Shown: positions 22,130 through 31,228, numbered from the stretch's first letter. The stretch: 43,082 nt of DNA from Nitrospinae bacterium RIFCSPLOWO2_12_39_16 (GCA_001805005.1 MHDO01000021.1:1-43082); one strand, 5' to 3'. Notes: generated by a model not told the origin, from the letters alone. Made by a program: numbers and translations.

Positions 22130-23052
22130 TGAATAAAAAGGTTCAAGATTCAAAATTCAAGATTCAAGATGTAAGAATTTCCTTAATTTTGACTTCTTGC
22201 TTCTTACTTCTGACTTCTGTCTTCTGTCTTCTGTCCTCTGCATATTCCCATGGAGGGCATGGAGGCGGTGAAGGCAAGTCAATAGATACAGAGGCAATGG
22301 TTTATATACCCGAGGGAGAATTTATAATGGGGAGTAACGAGGATGAGCTAATGGAAATAAAGAAGGTTTATGGGAAGAGAGGCGGAATTGAGGGGTATTT
22401 ATTTGAAAAGGAAAAACCAAAAAGGAAAGTCTTTGTTAAATCCTTCTATATTGATAAATACGAAGTAACGAATGCCCAGTATAAAAAATTTATAGATGTC
22501 ACAGGACACCCTGTCCCGAGGGGATGGAATAAAGGCAAGTATCCGCCGGGAAAGGCTAATAACCCTGTCCTGTATGTGAGCTGGTATGATGCTAAGGCAT
22601 ACGCAAAATGGGCAGGAAAAAGGCTCCCAACCGAGGAGGAATGGGAGAAGGCCGCAAGAGGGACTGACGGAAGGATTTTTCCGTGGGGGAATAAATATGA
22701 CCCTGCACTTACCAGTACAGCAGAATCTATTATGGAAAATATAGAGGATGGGATCTGCAATGTAACGACAGGAATTCCTGTTGGCACTGCTAAGGGGGAT
22801 GTGAGCCCATATGGTGTCCATGACATGGGCGGCAATGTGAGAGAGTGGACAGATAGCTGGTTTATAGCTGAAAAGGGGGAGAAGGTAGTAAAGGGAGGCT
22901 CATGGGTTGACCTTTCACCTAAGGCGCGAAGTGCAAGCAGGGATGGTGTTAATCCAAAAGGGGTTAGCCATATAATAGGATTCAGGTGTGTTAGGGATTA
23001 TGAAATGACCGCCACAAATAGTGTCAGTGACAGTGTCAGAAGGCAGGGTTAG
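22129..23052 (+). CDS. FGE-sulfatase fold protein, secreted, Cys-less paralogue 3 with HGGHGGGEG motif
   Basis: MVYIPEGEFIMGS, YIDKYEVTNAQYKKF, AGKRLPTEEEWEKAARGTDGRIFPWGN, GNVREWT, KVVKGGSWVD, GFRCV. Start overlaps the binding-protein stop (TAATG). Confidence 0.85.
   Translation: MNKKVQDSKFKIQDVRISLILTSCFLLLTSVFCLLSSAYSHGGHGGGEGKSIDTEAMVYIPEGEFIMGSNEDELMEIKKVYGKRGGIEGYLFEKEKPKRKVFVKSFYIDKYEVTNAQYKKFIDVTGHPVPRGWNKGKYPPGKANNPVLYVSWYDAKAYAKWAGKRLPTEEEWEKAARGTDGRIFPWGNKYDPALTSTAESIMENIEDGICNVTTGIPVGTAKGDVSPYGVHDMGGNVREWTDSWFIAEKGEKVVKGGSWVDLSPKARSASRDGVNPKGVSHIIGFRCVRDYEMTATNSVSDSVRRQG
22142..22240. repeat. Heptamer arrays TTCAAGA x4 and CTTCTGT-type x7
   Basis: 22142-22169 and 22193-22240. 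The second array has the same unit as 7835-7876 but is read on the opposite coding strand. Confidence 0.9.
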
Positions 23053-23116
23053 TAACCAGCAATCGGTAATTTAATGACTGATACTAACAGATGACAATGA
23101 CACTAATCACTGAATT
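23052..23116 (+). repeat. Low-complexity leader ending in GACACTAATCACTGAATT-ATG
   Basis: Shares TGACACTAATCACT...GAATT(T)ATG with 35781-35809 upstream of nadD. Confidence 0.6.
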
Positions 23117-25108
23117 ATGAAAATCAATTTCCTTTCCAGAATCCAGAACAAGATATTCCTTTCCCTGATGTTAGCAGCAATCCTGCCCATCGGATACTTT
23201 GGTTACAATAGCATAAAATCCACAAGAAACTCCCTTATAGATGATACCTTAAGAAAGATGTATCTAAATGTGTTTGCTATGGGTAAGGATATGGATAATC
23301 ATTTAAAAAATGCGAAGGGTGATCTCCTTTATCTGAAATCTTCAGCACCACTGGAGTATCTTCTGGACGCTATGGAGTTTAATGACATTGCCTCTTTTAC
23401 CTACTGGAGGACCCTTCTTGAGAAAGAATTTTCCAACCTCATAGAGCAGAAGAATGTCTATTTACAGGCAGGTTTTTTGTCGCGGGATGGGGACGAGATT
23501 GTTCTTGTGGTATATGACATGAGCCGCCCTATTATACTCCCTTGGAAGAGTCTGCATAACCAGAGGGAGAGCGGGTATTTCAGGATGGCAGCCGAATTAT
23601 CCAATGGTGAGATTGCCTCTCTGCCTTTAAGGAGTTATGTGGTCAAGGGCTTAAATCTTTCAAATATTGCACTGATGCGTTATATTACACCTGTATATAA
23701 CAGGAATGGGAAATGGATGGGGATGATATATATTGATGTGATGGGGAAGCATATCTACAATACTGTGAAGATGTCTATAATGGACAGGGCATTCAAGGTT
23801 TTTCTTGTCAATAATAAAGGTTTTTATTTCTTCAATCCCGAATGGGAGGTTGAGGAGAATCTGCTGACTCCAAGTGATACACCTGAAAATATAGGTGAGG
23901 TGTATTCCAAGGAGGTTGTCTCTCAGATATTATCAGGGAAAGCAGGTGTGATTATGGATGATGATAAGAATATGTTTGCATATATGCCTGTTTTCCCAAG
24001 CGAGATGGACAAAAATTTTTACTATACGATTATTCAGATGTATCCTAAGAATCTCATCTCTGGAGGGGCAAAGGATTTTGAAAAGCTATTTTTAATTACC
24101 GTCCTTTCATCAATATTGCTGACTGTGCTCATGGGGATTATCATTTCAAAGATGCTTACAAATCCCCTCTCAAGACTCAAGAGGGGAGTTCAGTTGATTG
24201 GCAAAGGCAATTTAGACTATAGATTGGATATTAAAAGTGGAGATGAGGTTGAAGATGTAGCCGTTGAATTTAACAACATGGCAGAAAAACTTAAAAAATA
24301 CAGCCGCACTCTTGAGGAGAAGGTGGAGGAGAAGACAAAGAAGATGGAGGATTACGAAAAACAGTTGATTCACTCCGAGAAGATGGCATCACTCGGACTT
24401 CTGGCGGCGGGGGTTGCACATGAAATAAATAATCCGATAGGCATCATAGTCAACAGGATAGAGTGTTTAAAGATGGAAAATAAGAATGGTGATATTCCGG
24501 AAAAGATTGTTAAGGATCTGGACACAATGATGCACCATGCCATGAGGGTCTCAAAGATAACAGGAAACCTCCTTTCATTCTCACGGGAGTCATCGCATGA
24601 GTTTAAATCTCAGGATATAAATAAAATTTTGGAAAAGGTTTTGATGTTTGTGGAGGCTTCTATAACAGCGAAGGGCATAACTATGGAGAAATATCTTGCC
24701 ATGAGATTGCCCTTTGTATTTGGCAGCAGCGGGGGGCTGGAGCAGGTATTCTTAAATATTGTTCATAATGCAATGGATGCAACAAAAAGCGGTGGGAAAA
24801 TCAAGATTGAGACAAGATATAATGTTCAAAATTCAGAAGCAGATGGCTATTATCCAACAGGAAATGGACAAGGTAACGGAAAGTGTTTAAGTATTAACAT
24901 TTCAGATACAGGCGATGGGATACCCCATGAATACATAGGAAAAATATTTGACCCGTTCTTTACCACAAAAGAGATTGGAAAGGGGACAGGTCTTGGGCTG
25001 TCTATAAGCTACGGTATAATAAAGGAGCATGGAGGTGAGATAAGGGTAGATAGCGAGGTATCAAAGGGGACTACCTTTACAGTGTTATTACCTGTCATGG
25101 CAGAGTAG
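23117..25108 (+). CDS. Sensor histidine kinase (periplasmic Cache-like domain - TM - HAMP - HisKA - HATPase)
   Basis: TM1 IFLSLMLAAILPIGYF, about 300-aa extracytoplasmic domain, TM2, HAMP (PLSRLKRGVQLIGKGNLDYRL), H-box GVAHEINNP, N/G boxes (HNAMDAT, DTGDGI, GKGTGLGLS). Confidence 0.95.
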   Translation: MKINFLSRIQNKIFLSLMLAAILPIGYFGYNSIKSTRNSLIDDTLRKMYLNVFAMGKDMDNHLKNAKGDLLYLKSSAPLEYLLDAMEFNDIASFTYWRTLLEKEFSNLIEQKNVYLQAGFLSRDGDEIVLVVYDMSRPIILPWKSLHNQRESGYFRMAAELSNGEIASLPLRSYVVKGLNLSNIALMRYITPVYNRNGKWMGMIYIDVMGKHIYNTVKMSIMDRAFKVFLVNNKGFYFFNPEWEVEENLLTPSDTPENIGEVYSKEVVSQILSGKAGVIMDDDKNMFAYMPVFPSEMDKNFYYTIIQMYPKNLISGGAKDFEKLFLITVLSSILLTVLMGIIISKMLTNPLSRLKRGVQLIGKGNLDYRLDIKSGDEVEDVAVEFNNMAEKLKKYSRTLEEKVEEKTKKMEDYEKQLIHSEKMASLGLLAAGVAHEINNPIGIIVNRIECLKMENKNGDIPEKIVKDLDTMMHHAMRVSKITGNLLSFSRESSHEFKSQDINKILEKVLMFVEASITAKGITMEKYLAMRLPFVFGSSGGLEQVFLNIVHNAMDATKSGGKIKIETRYNVQNSEADGYYPTGNGQGNGKCLSINISDTGDGIPHEYIGKIFDPFFTTKEIGKGTGLGLSISYGIIKEHGGEIRVDSEVSKGTTFTVLLPVMAE

Positions 25109-25114
25109 ACTTTT

Positions 25115-25233
25115 TATAATTAAAATTTTAGCCACAGACTTTCACTGACTCATAAAAATCTCAAATCTCAAATTTAAAATTTCAAATCTTTTTAAGGTCT
25201 TTGTAAATCTGTGGCAAAAAGGATTTATTTTCC
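25115..25233 (+). repeat. Gene-boundary hairpin element between convergent kinase and REC genes
   Basis: TATAATTAAAATTTTAGCCACAGACTTTCACTGACT ... AAGGTCTTTGTAAATCTGTGGCAAAAAGGATTTATTTTCC. The left arm is nearly identical to that of 6944-6965. Confidence 0.75.
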
Positions 25234-25701
25234 TGAGTCATTTATAGCCCTCAAAAATTCGGCAATATTGAGTGGTTTAGATAACCACCTTGCACCTGTT
25301 TCTTGTATAAACTTTTCTGTTTCGGGTTCCATATTGCCTGTGATGAATATAACCCTACCTTTCATAGATGGGGTCTTATTGATAAGTTCCCTGTAAAACT
25401 CTATCCCATCCATTACAGGCATATTTATATCGCTTATTATCAGATCATATCGGGCACTCTCTATCATCTTTAAGCCCTCAAGACCATTTGTGGCTGTTTT
25501 GACTTCATAGTCATAGTCGGTCAGCATGTTTGCAATGAAACCAAGGATAGAAGTATCGTCATCAATTGCGAGTATGGTTCTTTTCATCTTTCTTTCCTCC
25601 TTATAAAAGACAAACCCGCAGTATGGACATGGAGATGGTTCATGAATGCTTGCTGTATATGAAGGCTTCTTACATTCCGGACATACCACTTCTTCTGCCA
25701 T
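25225..25701 (-). CDS. Single-domain response regulator (REC) with N-terminal C4 zinc ribbon
   Basis: CPECKK-x16-CPYCG, then REC (ILAIDDD...LIISDINMPVMDG...SKP). There is also an internal SD AAGGAGG + ATG (25587). Confidence 0.85.
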   Translation of the reverse strand: MAEEVVCPECKKPSYTASIHEPSPCPYCGFVFYKEERKMKRTILAIDDDTSILGFIANMLTDYDYEVKTATNGLEGLKMIESARYDLIISDINMPVMDGIEFYRELINKTPSMKGRVIFITGNMEPETEKFIQETGARWLSKPLNIAEFLRAINDSGK

Positions 25702-25725
25702 TTTATCCTCTTCTATCTATGTTTG

Positions 25726-26028
25726 TTATACGAAGACAGGCCTTTGTAGTCTGAATATCATTTTACCATTCTTACCACCATGCCCCTCTATAATCCCATC
25801 CATGATGGCAAGCCCATATCTTTCAAGAGAATTCATCATGGACTTTAGTTCAGCAGAATCAAGACTTTTTCCATTTGCCCTCTCTATCTGCTCAAGCTCT
25901 ATTCTTTCAGGCGCATCTGTGTCTGTAGAGTTTACAAGGAGCAGAATATATAATTTTAGCTCACTATTCTTTAGAAGGGAAAAATATTTTGAGGTGCTGA
26001 GTCCTCTTAGAAACCCTATTTTGTCCAT
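25726..26028 (-). CDS. Hypothetical small protein, possibly winged-helix
   Basis: MDKIGFLRGLSTSKYFSLLKNSELKLYILLLVNS...LEQIERANGKSLDSAELKSMMNSLERYGLA. Sits 24 nt upstream of the REC gene. The track N-terminus (MSWWLFNFLY) is repeat-encoded. Confidence 0.5.
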   Translation of the reverse strand: MDKIGFLRGLSTSKYFSLLKNSELKLYILLLVNSTDTDAPERIELEQIERANGKSLDSAELKSMMNSLERYGLAIMDGIIEGHGGKNGKMIFRLQRPVFV

Positions 26029-26126
26029 GTATAGAAAATTAAATAGCCACCAAGACACAAAGGCGCAAAGGAATAAAGAATAATTTTTTCTTTGAGTCTT
26101 CGAGTCTTTGAGGCAGGTATTTGTCC
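26024..26126 (+). repeat. Gene-boundary hairpin element, AAGACACAAAGG subfamily, copy 1
   Basis: TCCATGTATAGAAAATTAAATAGCCACCAAGACACAAAGGCGCAAAGGAATAAAGAATAATTTTTTCTTTGAGTCTTCGAGTCTTTGAGGCAGGTATTTGTCC. Confidence 0.8.
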
Positions 26127-26142
26127 ATATTTATTATTGGTT

Positions 26143-26171
26143 AAAATAGGACAAATATTCTATATTGTCAA
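26143..26171 (-). promoter_or_regulatory. Candidate sigma-70 promoter for the small-protein / Zn-ribbon-REC operon
   Basis: Minus strand reads TTGACA-N17-TATTTT. The spacer contains one arm of the 9-bp inverted repeat TATTTGTCC / GGACAAATA (26118-26126 / 26149-26157). Confidence 0.4.
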
Positions 26172-26207
26172 GCAAAAAAGGATAATATTATTTTGCCTAT
26201 CTTCTCA

Positions 26208-26236
26208 TTGACAATGAAATAGAAAAGGGATATTTT
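26208..26236 (+). promoter_or_regulatory. Candidate sigma-70 promoter for the XRE regulator gene
   Basis: TTGACA (26208-26213) - 17 nt - TATTTT (26231-26236). A mirror image of the divergent promoter 37 nt away. Confidence 0.4.
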
Positions 26237-26271
26237 GAATTGTGCTAAGAGCAGTTCCTGATGTAAAAGAA

Positions 26272-26709
26272 ATGATAAAAAAACAGATAGGAAAAAGGTT
26301 GCGGGATTTGAGGCAGAGGAAGGGGCTTACCCAGAAGGGCATGGCTAAAATGGCAGGAGTGGACTACACCTATATAGGGAAGATAGAACGGGGTGAACAA
26401 CTCCCCTCCTTAAATGTTCTTATTAGATTTGCCGAGTGTCTTTCTTTGCCACTTGACCGCTTCTTTATGGATGAAGCCACATGGAGATTGGTCAGCCTTG
26501 CACCAAAAGATGTTTATGAAAGTATGCAGAGAGAAAATCTCTGGGAGTTGTTAAGGTTATTGGAAGGAGTTCCAGAGGAGGATATCTCTCTCTTGACAGA
26601 AATATCGCGTGTCTTAAGAAGACACAGGGAAGTCAGTGTGACAAGAAAAGAAGGTCTGCCAATGGTGGCAGAATCACAGGCGGGATATAAAAAGAGGAAT
26701 AAAAAGTAA
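26272..26709 (+). CDS. XRE-family helix-turn-helix transcriptional regulator
   Basis: IGKRLRDLRQRKGLTQKGMAKMAGVDYTYIGKIERGEQLPSLNVLIRFAECL is a classic HTH_3 domain. ATG 26272 is preferred because the predicted promoter would place the TSS at about 26243. Confidence 0.85.
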   Translation: MIKKQIGKRLRDLRQRKGLTQKGMAKMAGVDYTYIGKIERGEQLPSLNVLIRFAECLSLPLDRFFMDEATWRLVSLAPKDVYESMQRENLWELLRLLEGVPEEDISLLTEISRVLRRHREVSVTRKEGLPMVAESQAGYKKRNKK

Positions 26710-26888
26710 GCGTAAAATACTAATTTCCATTTATCCGACAAATCTGCCACACTTCCCGAAGAGCGCTCACCATCAGTTAAATTTCGCTGGATGTGAAAGT
26801 TATTGACGCCACATTTTAAATTTCCTGCTTCCACCCTCACCATCTCTTGGGTTATACTATAAAATCATAATTCAATTTAGAAAAGGTG

Positions 26889-29633
26889 ATGAGAAAATTA
26901 ATCCTATTCCTCTTTTTTGCCTCAGGCATAAGCGGGCTTATTTATGAGATAGTCTGGACAAGGGTTTTTACCCTTCTTTTCGGCAATACAACCTATGCCA
27001 TAAGTACCGTCCTTACCACCTTTATGGCAGGGCTTGCCGCAGGGAGTTTTATATTCGGGAGGATTGCAGATAAAATTCAGAATTCAGATTCCGCAATCCG
27101 CAATCCACAATCCGCAATCTTAATCAAATCCCCTCTCATGCTTTATGCGATCCTTGAACTGTGCATAGGCATCTCTGCCCTTGGTGTCCCGTTTTTAATA
27201 AATATATCAGACAGTTTTTACATTTCAATTCTTGGAAATATTACACCCTCAGCTTTTTCTTCTAACGTTATAAGATTTTTTATCTCTTTTTTTATACTCT
27301 TTGTCCCTACCACACTTATGGGAGGGACACTCCCTATATTGAGCAGATTTTTTATTCATAAAATAGAGGAATTGGGATGGAATGTAGCCATTATCTATGC
27401 TGTCAATACATTGGGGGCAGTTATTGGATGCTTCATAACAGGCTATATGTTAATAGCAACTATTGGTGTTAAAAATACAACCCTATTGGCTGTGTTTATA
27501 AATATTGCAGTAGGGATTGTGGCATTAATAGTCAGCAGTCGTCAGTCAGCAGTCAGCAGCCAGGAATTAGAAGCAAGAAGCAAGAAGCAAGAAGACAAAA
27601 GACAAAAGACAAAAACTCCTGAACCCCTGAACTCTTCAACTCCAAAACTCCTGTTACTTTTCTTCTTCGGCCTCTCAGGATTTACATCGCTATCTTATGA
27701 AATACTATGGACAAGGGCATTTTCTCTTATATTTTATTCAACAGTATATCTATTCAGCAATATATTGACTGTGTTTTTAATTGGCATAGCCATAGGGAGT
27801 CTTATCTTTACAAAACTTTTAAAGTGGCGGCAGGATATGGACTTGATAAGGGTATTCGGCATTATAGAATTTTTAATAGGAGCATGTGCCTTATTGAGTA
27901 TAATATTTTTCCAGTGGCTGTCATCTGGTATTAATAATATCAGCTCATTATTTAATGATATGACATGGCAGAAGAATATACTTATAACCTTCGTTATTAA
28001 TCTGATAGTAATGATAATACCAACACTTCTTATGGGGCTGACCTTTCCCCTTATTGGAAGGCTCTACACAGATAATTTGAATTTTTTGGGGAGAAAGATA
28101 GGGGATGTATATTCTGTAAATACCATAGGGAGTATTATTGGTTCTTTTATGGCAGGTTTTATACTCATTCCATTTCTTGGTGTGCAAAAAAGCATTTTGT
28201 TTGTTTCATTTATAAATCTAATAATAGGAATTATTATTATTTCTAAGAGTCCTACCGGGATAAATGGGCTTAAATGGTCAGGCATGGTTTCTGCTATTAT
28301 GATTTTAGCCGTATTCGGAAAGATTGCAACGGCAGGTGTCAATATGGGGATTGGCTATAGTATTAATGGGAATATAATTTTTTCAAAAGAGGATGTAAGC
28401 GGAACAGTAAAGGTAATAGAAGATGACATCACCCGTTTTCGGACACTGATGGTAAATAACTATTCCCTTGCCACAAGCGGCGATGTAGCTGTGAGATTTG
28501 GTCATATACCATTGCTCCTCCATAATAAACCTGATGATGTCCTTGTTATATCACTCGGTTCAGGTATAACAGTCGGTGCCGTTGGACAGCATCCTGTTAA
28601 GAATATTGAGTGTGTTGAGATAGTCCCGGGTGTTGTGGATGCGGCAGGGCTTTTTGAGAAGGAAAATCATAATATATTAAAAGACCCGAGACTTAGGCTT
28701 ACTATATGGGATGGGAGAAACTATATACTCATGACAAAGAATAAATACGATATAATCATATCAGACCTCTTTCAGCCTGACAGTGCAGGGACAGGCAATC
28801 TCTATTCAAAGGAGCATTATCAGAATAGCAAGGACAGATTGAAAGATGGTGGTTTAATGGCACAGTGGCTTCCGCTATACCAGCTTTCAACAGAAGATTT
28901 GAAGGTCATAATGGCTACATTTTCAAAAGTTTTCCCTCATGTTACTGTCTGGTATGGAGATATAAACAGCGTTAAGCCGACACTCCTCCTCCTTGGCTCA
29001 GAGTCCCCTTTGAAGATAGATATGGAACAATTGCAGGATAAGATGAGGCAGGAAGGTGTGATTTCTGATATTGTAGAGAGAGATAACCCATTTGCCTTTA
29101 TGAGTTTTTTTATAATGGATGAGAAAGGTGTTTCAAAATTTACAGAAGGAGCAGAATTAAATATAGATGATAAGCCGTATATTGAATTCTCGGCACCCAA
29201 ATATATATGGAGGCGCTCAGAGTCTGCAGTTCAGAACTTCAGAGAATTGAGTAAGTTCAGGGAATTACCCACTTCAATCCTCCCAACTCCCAACTCCCAA
29301 CTCCTAACTTATTTTAAAGGGAGAGGGCATATAATAGAAGGCAGGTTGTATCACTCTGAGAATTTATTTGATAGAGAGATTGAGGAATATAGAATGGCAG
29401 AGATGGAGAACCCATTTGACCCATATCTTGGATTTGCCTATTTTGAGGCTGGATATGAATATTATGTAAAGGGGATGTATAAAGATGCAGTATCTATTTT
29501 TGAAAGGGGAAGGGCTATAAACAGGGATTTAAAAGAGATGCAATTCTATCTTGCAAAGTCCTATTATAAACTTGGGATGCAGAGAGAATATGAGGAGATA
29601 TTGAGACAGAATCCAGATTTTATCAAAAAATAA
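26889..29633 (+). CDS. Fused polytopic membrane / spermidine-synthase-like (aminopropyl- or methyltransferase fold) / TPR protein
   Basis: About 14 TM helices in two blocks. VISLGSGITVGA (GxGxG) and YDIIISDLFQPDSAGTGNLYSKEHYQ resemble spermidine synthase motifs. The C-terminal helical repeats are TPR-like. Confidence 0.8.
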   Translation: MRKLILFLFFASGISGLIYEIVWTRVFTLLFGNTTYAISTVLTTFMAGLAAGSFIFGRIADKIQNSDSAIRNPQSAILIKSPLMLYAILELCIGISALGVPFLINISDSFYISILGNITPSAFSSNVIRFFISFFILFVPTTLMGGTLPILSRFFIHKIEELGWNVAIIYAVNTLGAVIGCFITGYMLIATIGVKNTTLLAVFINIAVGIVALIVSSRQSAVSSQELEARSKKQEDKRQKTKTPEPLNSSTPKLLLLFFFGLSGFTSLSYEILWTRAFSLIFYSTVYLFSNILTVFLIGIAIGSLIFTKLLKWRQDMDLIRVFGIIEFLIGACALLSIIFFQWLSSGINNISSLFNDMTWQKNILITFVINLIVMIIPTLLMGLTFPLIGRLYTDNLNFLGRKIGDVYSVNTIGSIIGSFMAGFILIPFLGVQKSILFVSFINLIIGIIIISKSPTGINGLKWSGMVSAIMILAVFGKIATAGVNMGIGYSINGNIIFSKEDVSGTVKVIEDDITRFRTLMVNNYSLATSGDVAVRFGHIPLLLHNKPDDVLVISLGSGITVGAVGQHPVKNIECVEIVPGVVDAAGLFEKENHNILKDPRLRLTIWDGRNYILMTKNKYDIIISDLFQPDSAGTGNLYSKEHYQNSKDRLKDGGLMAQWLPLYQLSTEDLKVIMATFSKVFPHVTVWYGDINSVKPTLLLLGSESPLKIDMEQLQDKMRQEGVISDIVERDNPFAFMSFFIMDEKGVSKFTEGAELNIDDKPYIEFSAPKYIWRRSESAVQNFRELSKFRELPTSILPTPNSQLLTYFKGRGHIIEGRLYHSENLFDREIEEYRMAEMENPFDPYLGFAYFEAGYEYYVKGMYKDAVSIFERGRAINRDLKEMQFYLAKSYYKLGMQREYEEILRQNPDFIKK
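27075..27116. repeat. Six heptamers (ATTCAGA x2, ATCCGCA-type x4) inside the fusion-protein CDS
   Basis: 42 nt = 14 codons, encoding IQNSDSAIRNPQSAI. Confidence 0.85.
27530..27650. repeat. About 120-nt run with 7-nt periodicity inside the fusion-protein CDS
   Basis: AGTCAGC-type x5, AAGCAAG x3, AAGACAA x3, then degenerate CTGAACC-type units. Encodes SSRQSAVSSQELEARSKKQEDKRQKTKTPEPLNSSTPK. Confidence 0.85.
29275..29309. repeat. Heptamer array CCCAACT x3 plus variants
   Basis: CAATCCT CCCAACT CCCAACT CCCAACT CCTAACT. Encodes ILPTPNSQLLT. Confidence 0.85.
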
Positions 29634-29694
29634 ACTTATAACTAACGACAAATAATAGTTGTAAGTTGTTAGTTGTCCGTTGTATGTTAATTTT

Positions 29695-31098
29695 ATGTCG
29701 GATACAATTCTCGTAATAGATGATGAGATGGATATGCTTGAGAACTGCTCCAGGATTTTGAAAAATCTTGGGTGTGAGTGTATTACTGCCTCAAACGGTG
29801 AGGAGGCTATAAAGATTGTAAGAGAGAAACTGCCTGATTTGATTATAACAGACCTAAAGATGCCGGGTAAAAGCGGTCTTGAATTACTAAAGGAGATAAA
29901 GGGTGAGAATCCCGACGGTATTGTAGTTTTATTTACTGCCTTTGCAACCATAGAATCCGCAGTTGATGCAGTAAAGAGCGGTGCCTTTGATTATCTGCAA
30001 AAACCCTTTACTGCAGACCAGTTGAAGATTACAGTAGAAAGGGCTCTTACACAGAAGAGGCTTGCAGAGGAGAATAAAAATTTAAAAAAGCAGCTATATG
30101 ACCATTTCAAGTTTGATAATATCATCGGGCAGAGTCAGAAAATTAAGGATGTCCTCGATATGGTCAGGAGGGTGTCAAAGACAGAATCCAATATCCTATT
30201 ATTGGGTGAGAGCGGAACAGGGAAGGAATTGATTGCACGTTCTATTCATGCAAATAGCGAGCGGGCAGGGATGCCTTTTGTCCCTGTAGATTGTGCATCT
30301 CTGCCGGAGAATCTGCTTGAGTCTGAACTGTTCGGCCATGAAAAGGGTTCATTTACAGGTGCCCATGCATCAAGGCAGGGTATGTTTGAGACTGCAAATG
30401 GCGGGACAATATTCCTTGATGAGATAGGCGAGCTTACACCAAATCTTCAGGCAAAGCTTCTAAGGGTATTGCAGGAGAGGCAGGTCAGGAGGGTTGGGGG
30501 CAGGAACCTCATAGATATTGATATAAGGGTAATATCCGCTACAAATAAAGACCTTGAAGGTGCTATAAAAGAAAAGGAGTTCAGGGAGGACCTGTTTTTC
30601 AGGTTGAATGTCATTTCCATTACACTCCCCCCTTTAAGGGAAAGGATAGATGATATACCGCTTCTCTGTAATTTCTTTATAAAAAATGACCAAGTTGCCG
30701 GTAAAAAGCATATTAAAGAAATATCTCAGGCTGCAATAGAAATACTAAAAAAGTATAGCTGGCCCGGAAATATAAGGGAATTACAGAATGTTATTGAAAG
30801 GGGAGTCTCCCTTTCTGATGGAGGTTATATAACCGCTAATGACCTTCCTGATAATATTAAGGCTCAGGGACATCTCCCTCAATCTCTCATACCTGCACAA
30901 GCAGACTTTGTTAAGGGGGAACAGGGTCTTTCTTTTAAAGATGCAAAGAAGGAATGGCTCTCATCTTTTGAGAAGGATTATCTTATTGAACTTTTAAAGA
31001 AAAATAGCAATAATATAACAAAGGCAGCGGAGAAGGCAGGTATTCCAAGAATGACAATCTACAGGATGATGAAAAAGTATAATTTGAAGGTTGATTGA
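29695..31098 (+). CDS. Sigma-54-dependent response regulator, NtrC family (no adjacent kinase)
   Basis: REC (ILVIDDE...[12 protein letters not shown]), [24 protein letters not shown]-terminal [23 protein letters not shown]. Confidence 0.95.
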   Translation: MSDTILVIDDEMDMLENCSRILKNLGCECITASNGEEAIKIVREKLPDLIITDLKMPGKSGLELLKEIKGENPDGIVVLFTAFATIESAVDAVKSGAFDYLQKPFTADQLKITVERALTQKRLAEENKNLKKQLYDHFKFDNIIGQSQKIKDVLDMVRRVSKTESNILLLGESGTGKELIARSIHANSERAGMPFVPVDCASLPENLLESELFGHEKGSFTGAHASRQGMFETANGGTIFLDEIGELTPNLQAKLLRVLQERQVRRVGGRNLIDIDIRVISATNKDLEGAIKEKEFREDLFFRLNVISITLPPLRERIDDIPLLCNFFIKNDQVAGKKHIKEISQAAIEILKKYSWPGNIRELQNVIERGVSLSDGGYITANDLPDNIKAQGHLPQSLIPAQADFVKGEQGLSFKDAKKEWLSSFEKDYLIELLKKNSNNITKAAEKAGIPRMTIYRMMKKYNLKVD

Positions 31099-31190
31099 GT
31101 TTGTTTAGGGACAATTTTTTATACTATCATTTTTCAGAAAATAATGTCAGAAAATAGTGTTGTCAGCCGAAAAAGTCTGCCGAAAAAGTC

Positions 31191-31220
31191 TTGACATATA
31201 AATAAAAATCATGATATTTT
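31191..31220 (+). promoter_or_regulatory. Candidate sigma-70 promoter of rplU-rpmA
   Basis: TTGACA (31191-31196) - 18 nt - TATTTT with TG at 31212-31213 (TGaTATTTT). Preceded by direct repeats GCCGAAAAAGTCT x2 and TCAGAAAATA x2 (31134-31191). Confidence 0.5.
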
Positions 31221-31228
31221 ATACATAA

